Below, piece after piece: positions 63,853-64,000 of a stretch of DNA of 64,000 nt. Each line of letters opens with the position of its first letter. The first letter of the stretch is position 1. The notes under the pieces were generated by a model. The model searched no databases. It was not told where the DNA came from and saw only the letters and a list, made by a program, of their open reading frames with translations. This stretch comes from Lama glama (Eukaryota): contig CM052817.1 in NCBI GenBank assembly GCA_028534125.1, positions 101,186,001-101,250,000 of the forward strand. The letters run 5' to 3'. Made by a program: the position numbers and the translations under genes.

Positions 63853-64000
63853 TATTAGTCCGCTGGGGCTGCCGAAACAAAGTGCCACAGCCCGGGTGGC
63901 TTCAGCAGTGAAAATGTGTATTCTCACCCTTCTGGAGGCTGGAAGTCTGAGATCAAGGTGCCAGCGTGGCCAGGCTCTGGAGGGAGCTCTGTTGCTGGCT
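63853..64000 (-). mobile_element. MLT1A-C-type MaLR LTR (runs off the window)
   Basis: TTCTGGAGGCTGGAAGTCTGAGATCAAGGTGCCAGC signature. Confidence 0.85.

Noticed and set aside
1..64000. CRISPR array, operon or other prokaryote-type system; full-length ERV
   Set aside because: Sequence is mammalian; there are no regularly spaced repeat-spacer units, and all LTRs are solo with no recognisable gag/pol/env.

Overview
Mammalian genomic DNA, very probably a camelid (camel, alpaca or llama): 13 copies of a SINE with a near-intact tRNA-Ala(AGC) head match the camelid vic-1 type, and young L1 3' ends recur throughout. No intact protein-coding exon can be supported; the listed ORFs are L1 remnants, repeat-derived or chance. 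The main non-repeat feature is a CpG-island promoter at ~30.3-32.6 kb. It carries a probable non-coding first exon on the minus strand (donor at 30656/30655), tentatively recalled as RBM47 but not verified. This would make ~1-30.6 kb first intron and ~32.6-64 kb upstream intergenic DNA. The rest is a dense mosaic of L1, SINE, MIR/L2, MaLR/ERV solo LTRs and hAT DNA-transposon fossils, with one 100-N gap. Repeat family names come from visual resemblance to remembered consensus sequences, and old-repeat boundaries are approximate. I see no convincing novel biological system. The most notable observations are two uORFs in the first exon, possible overlapping antisense splicing, an L1 subfamily with a swapped, ancient-looking 3' tail, a 37-bp ectopic duplication beside a TSD-less LTR, an orphan CpG patch and a nested inverted repeat.
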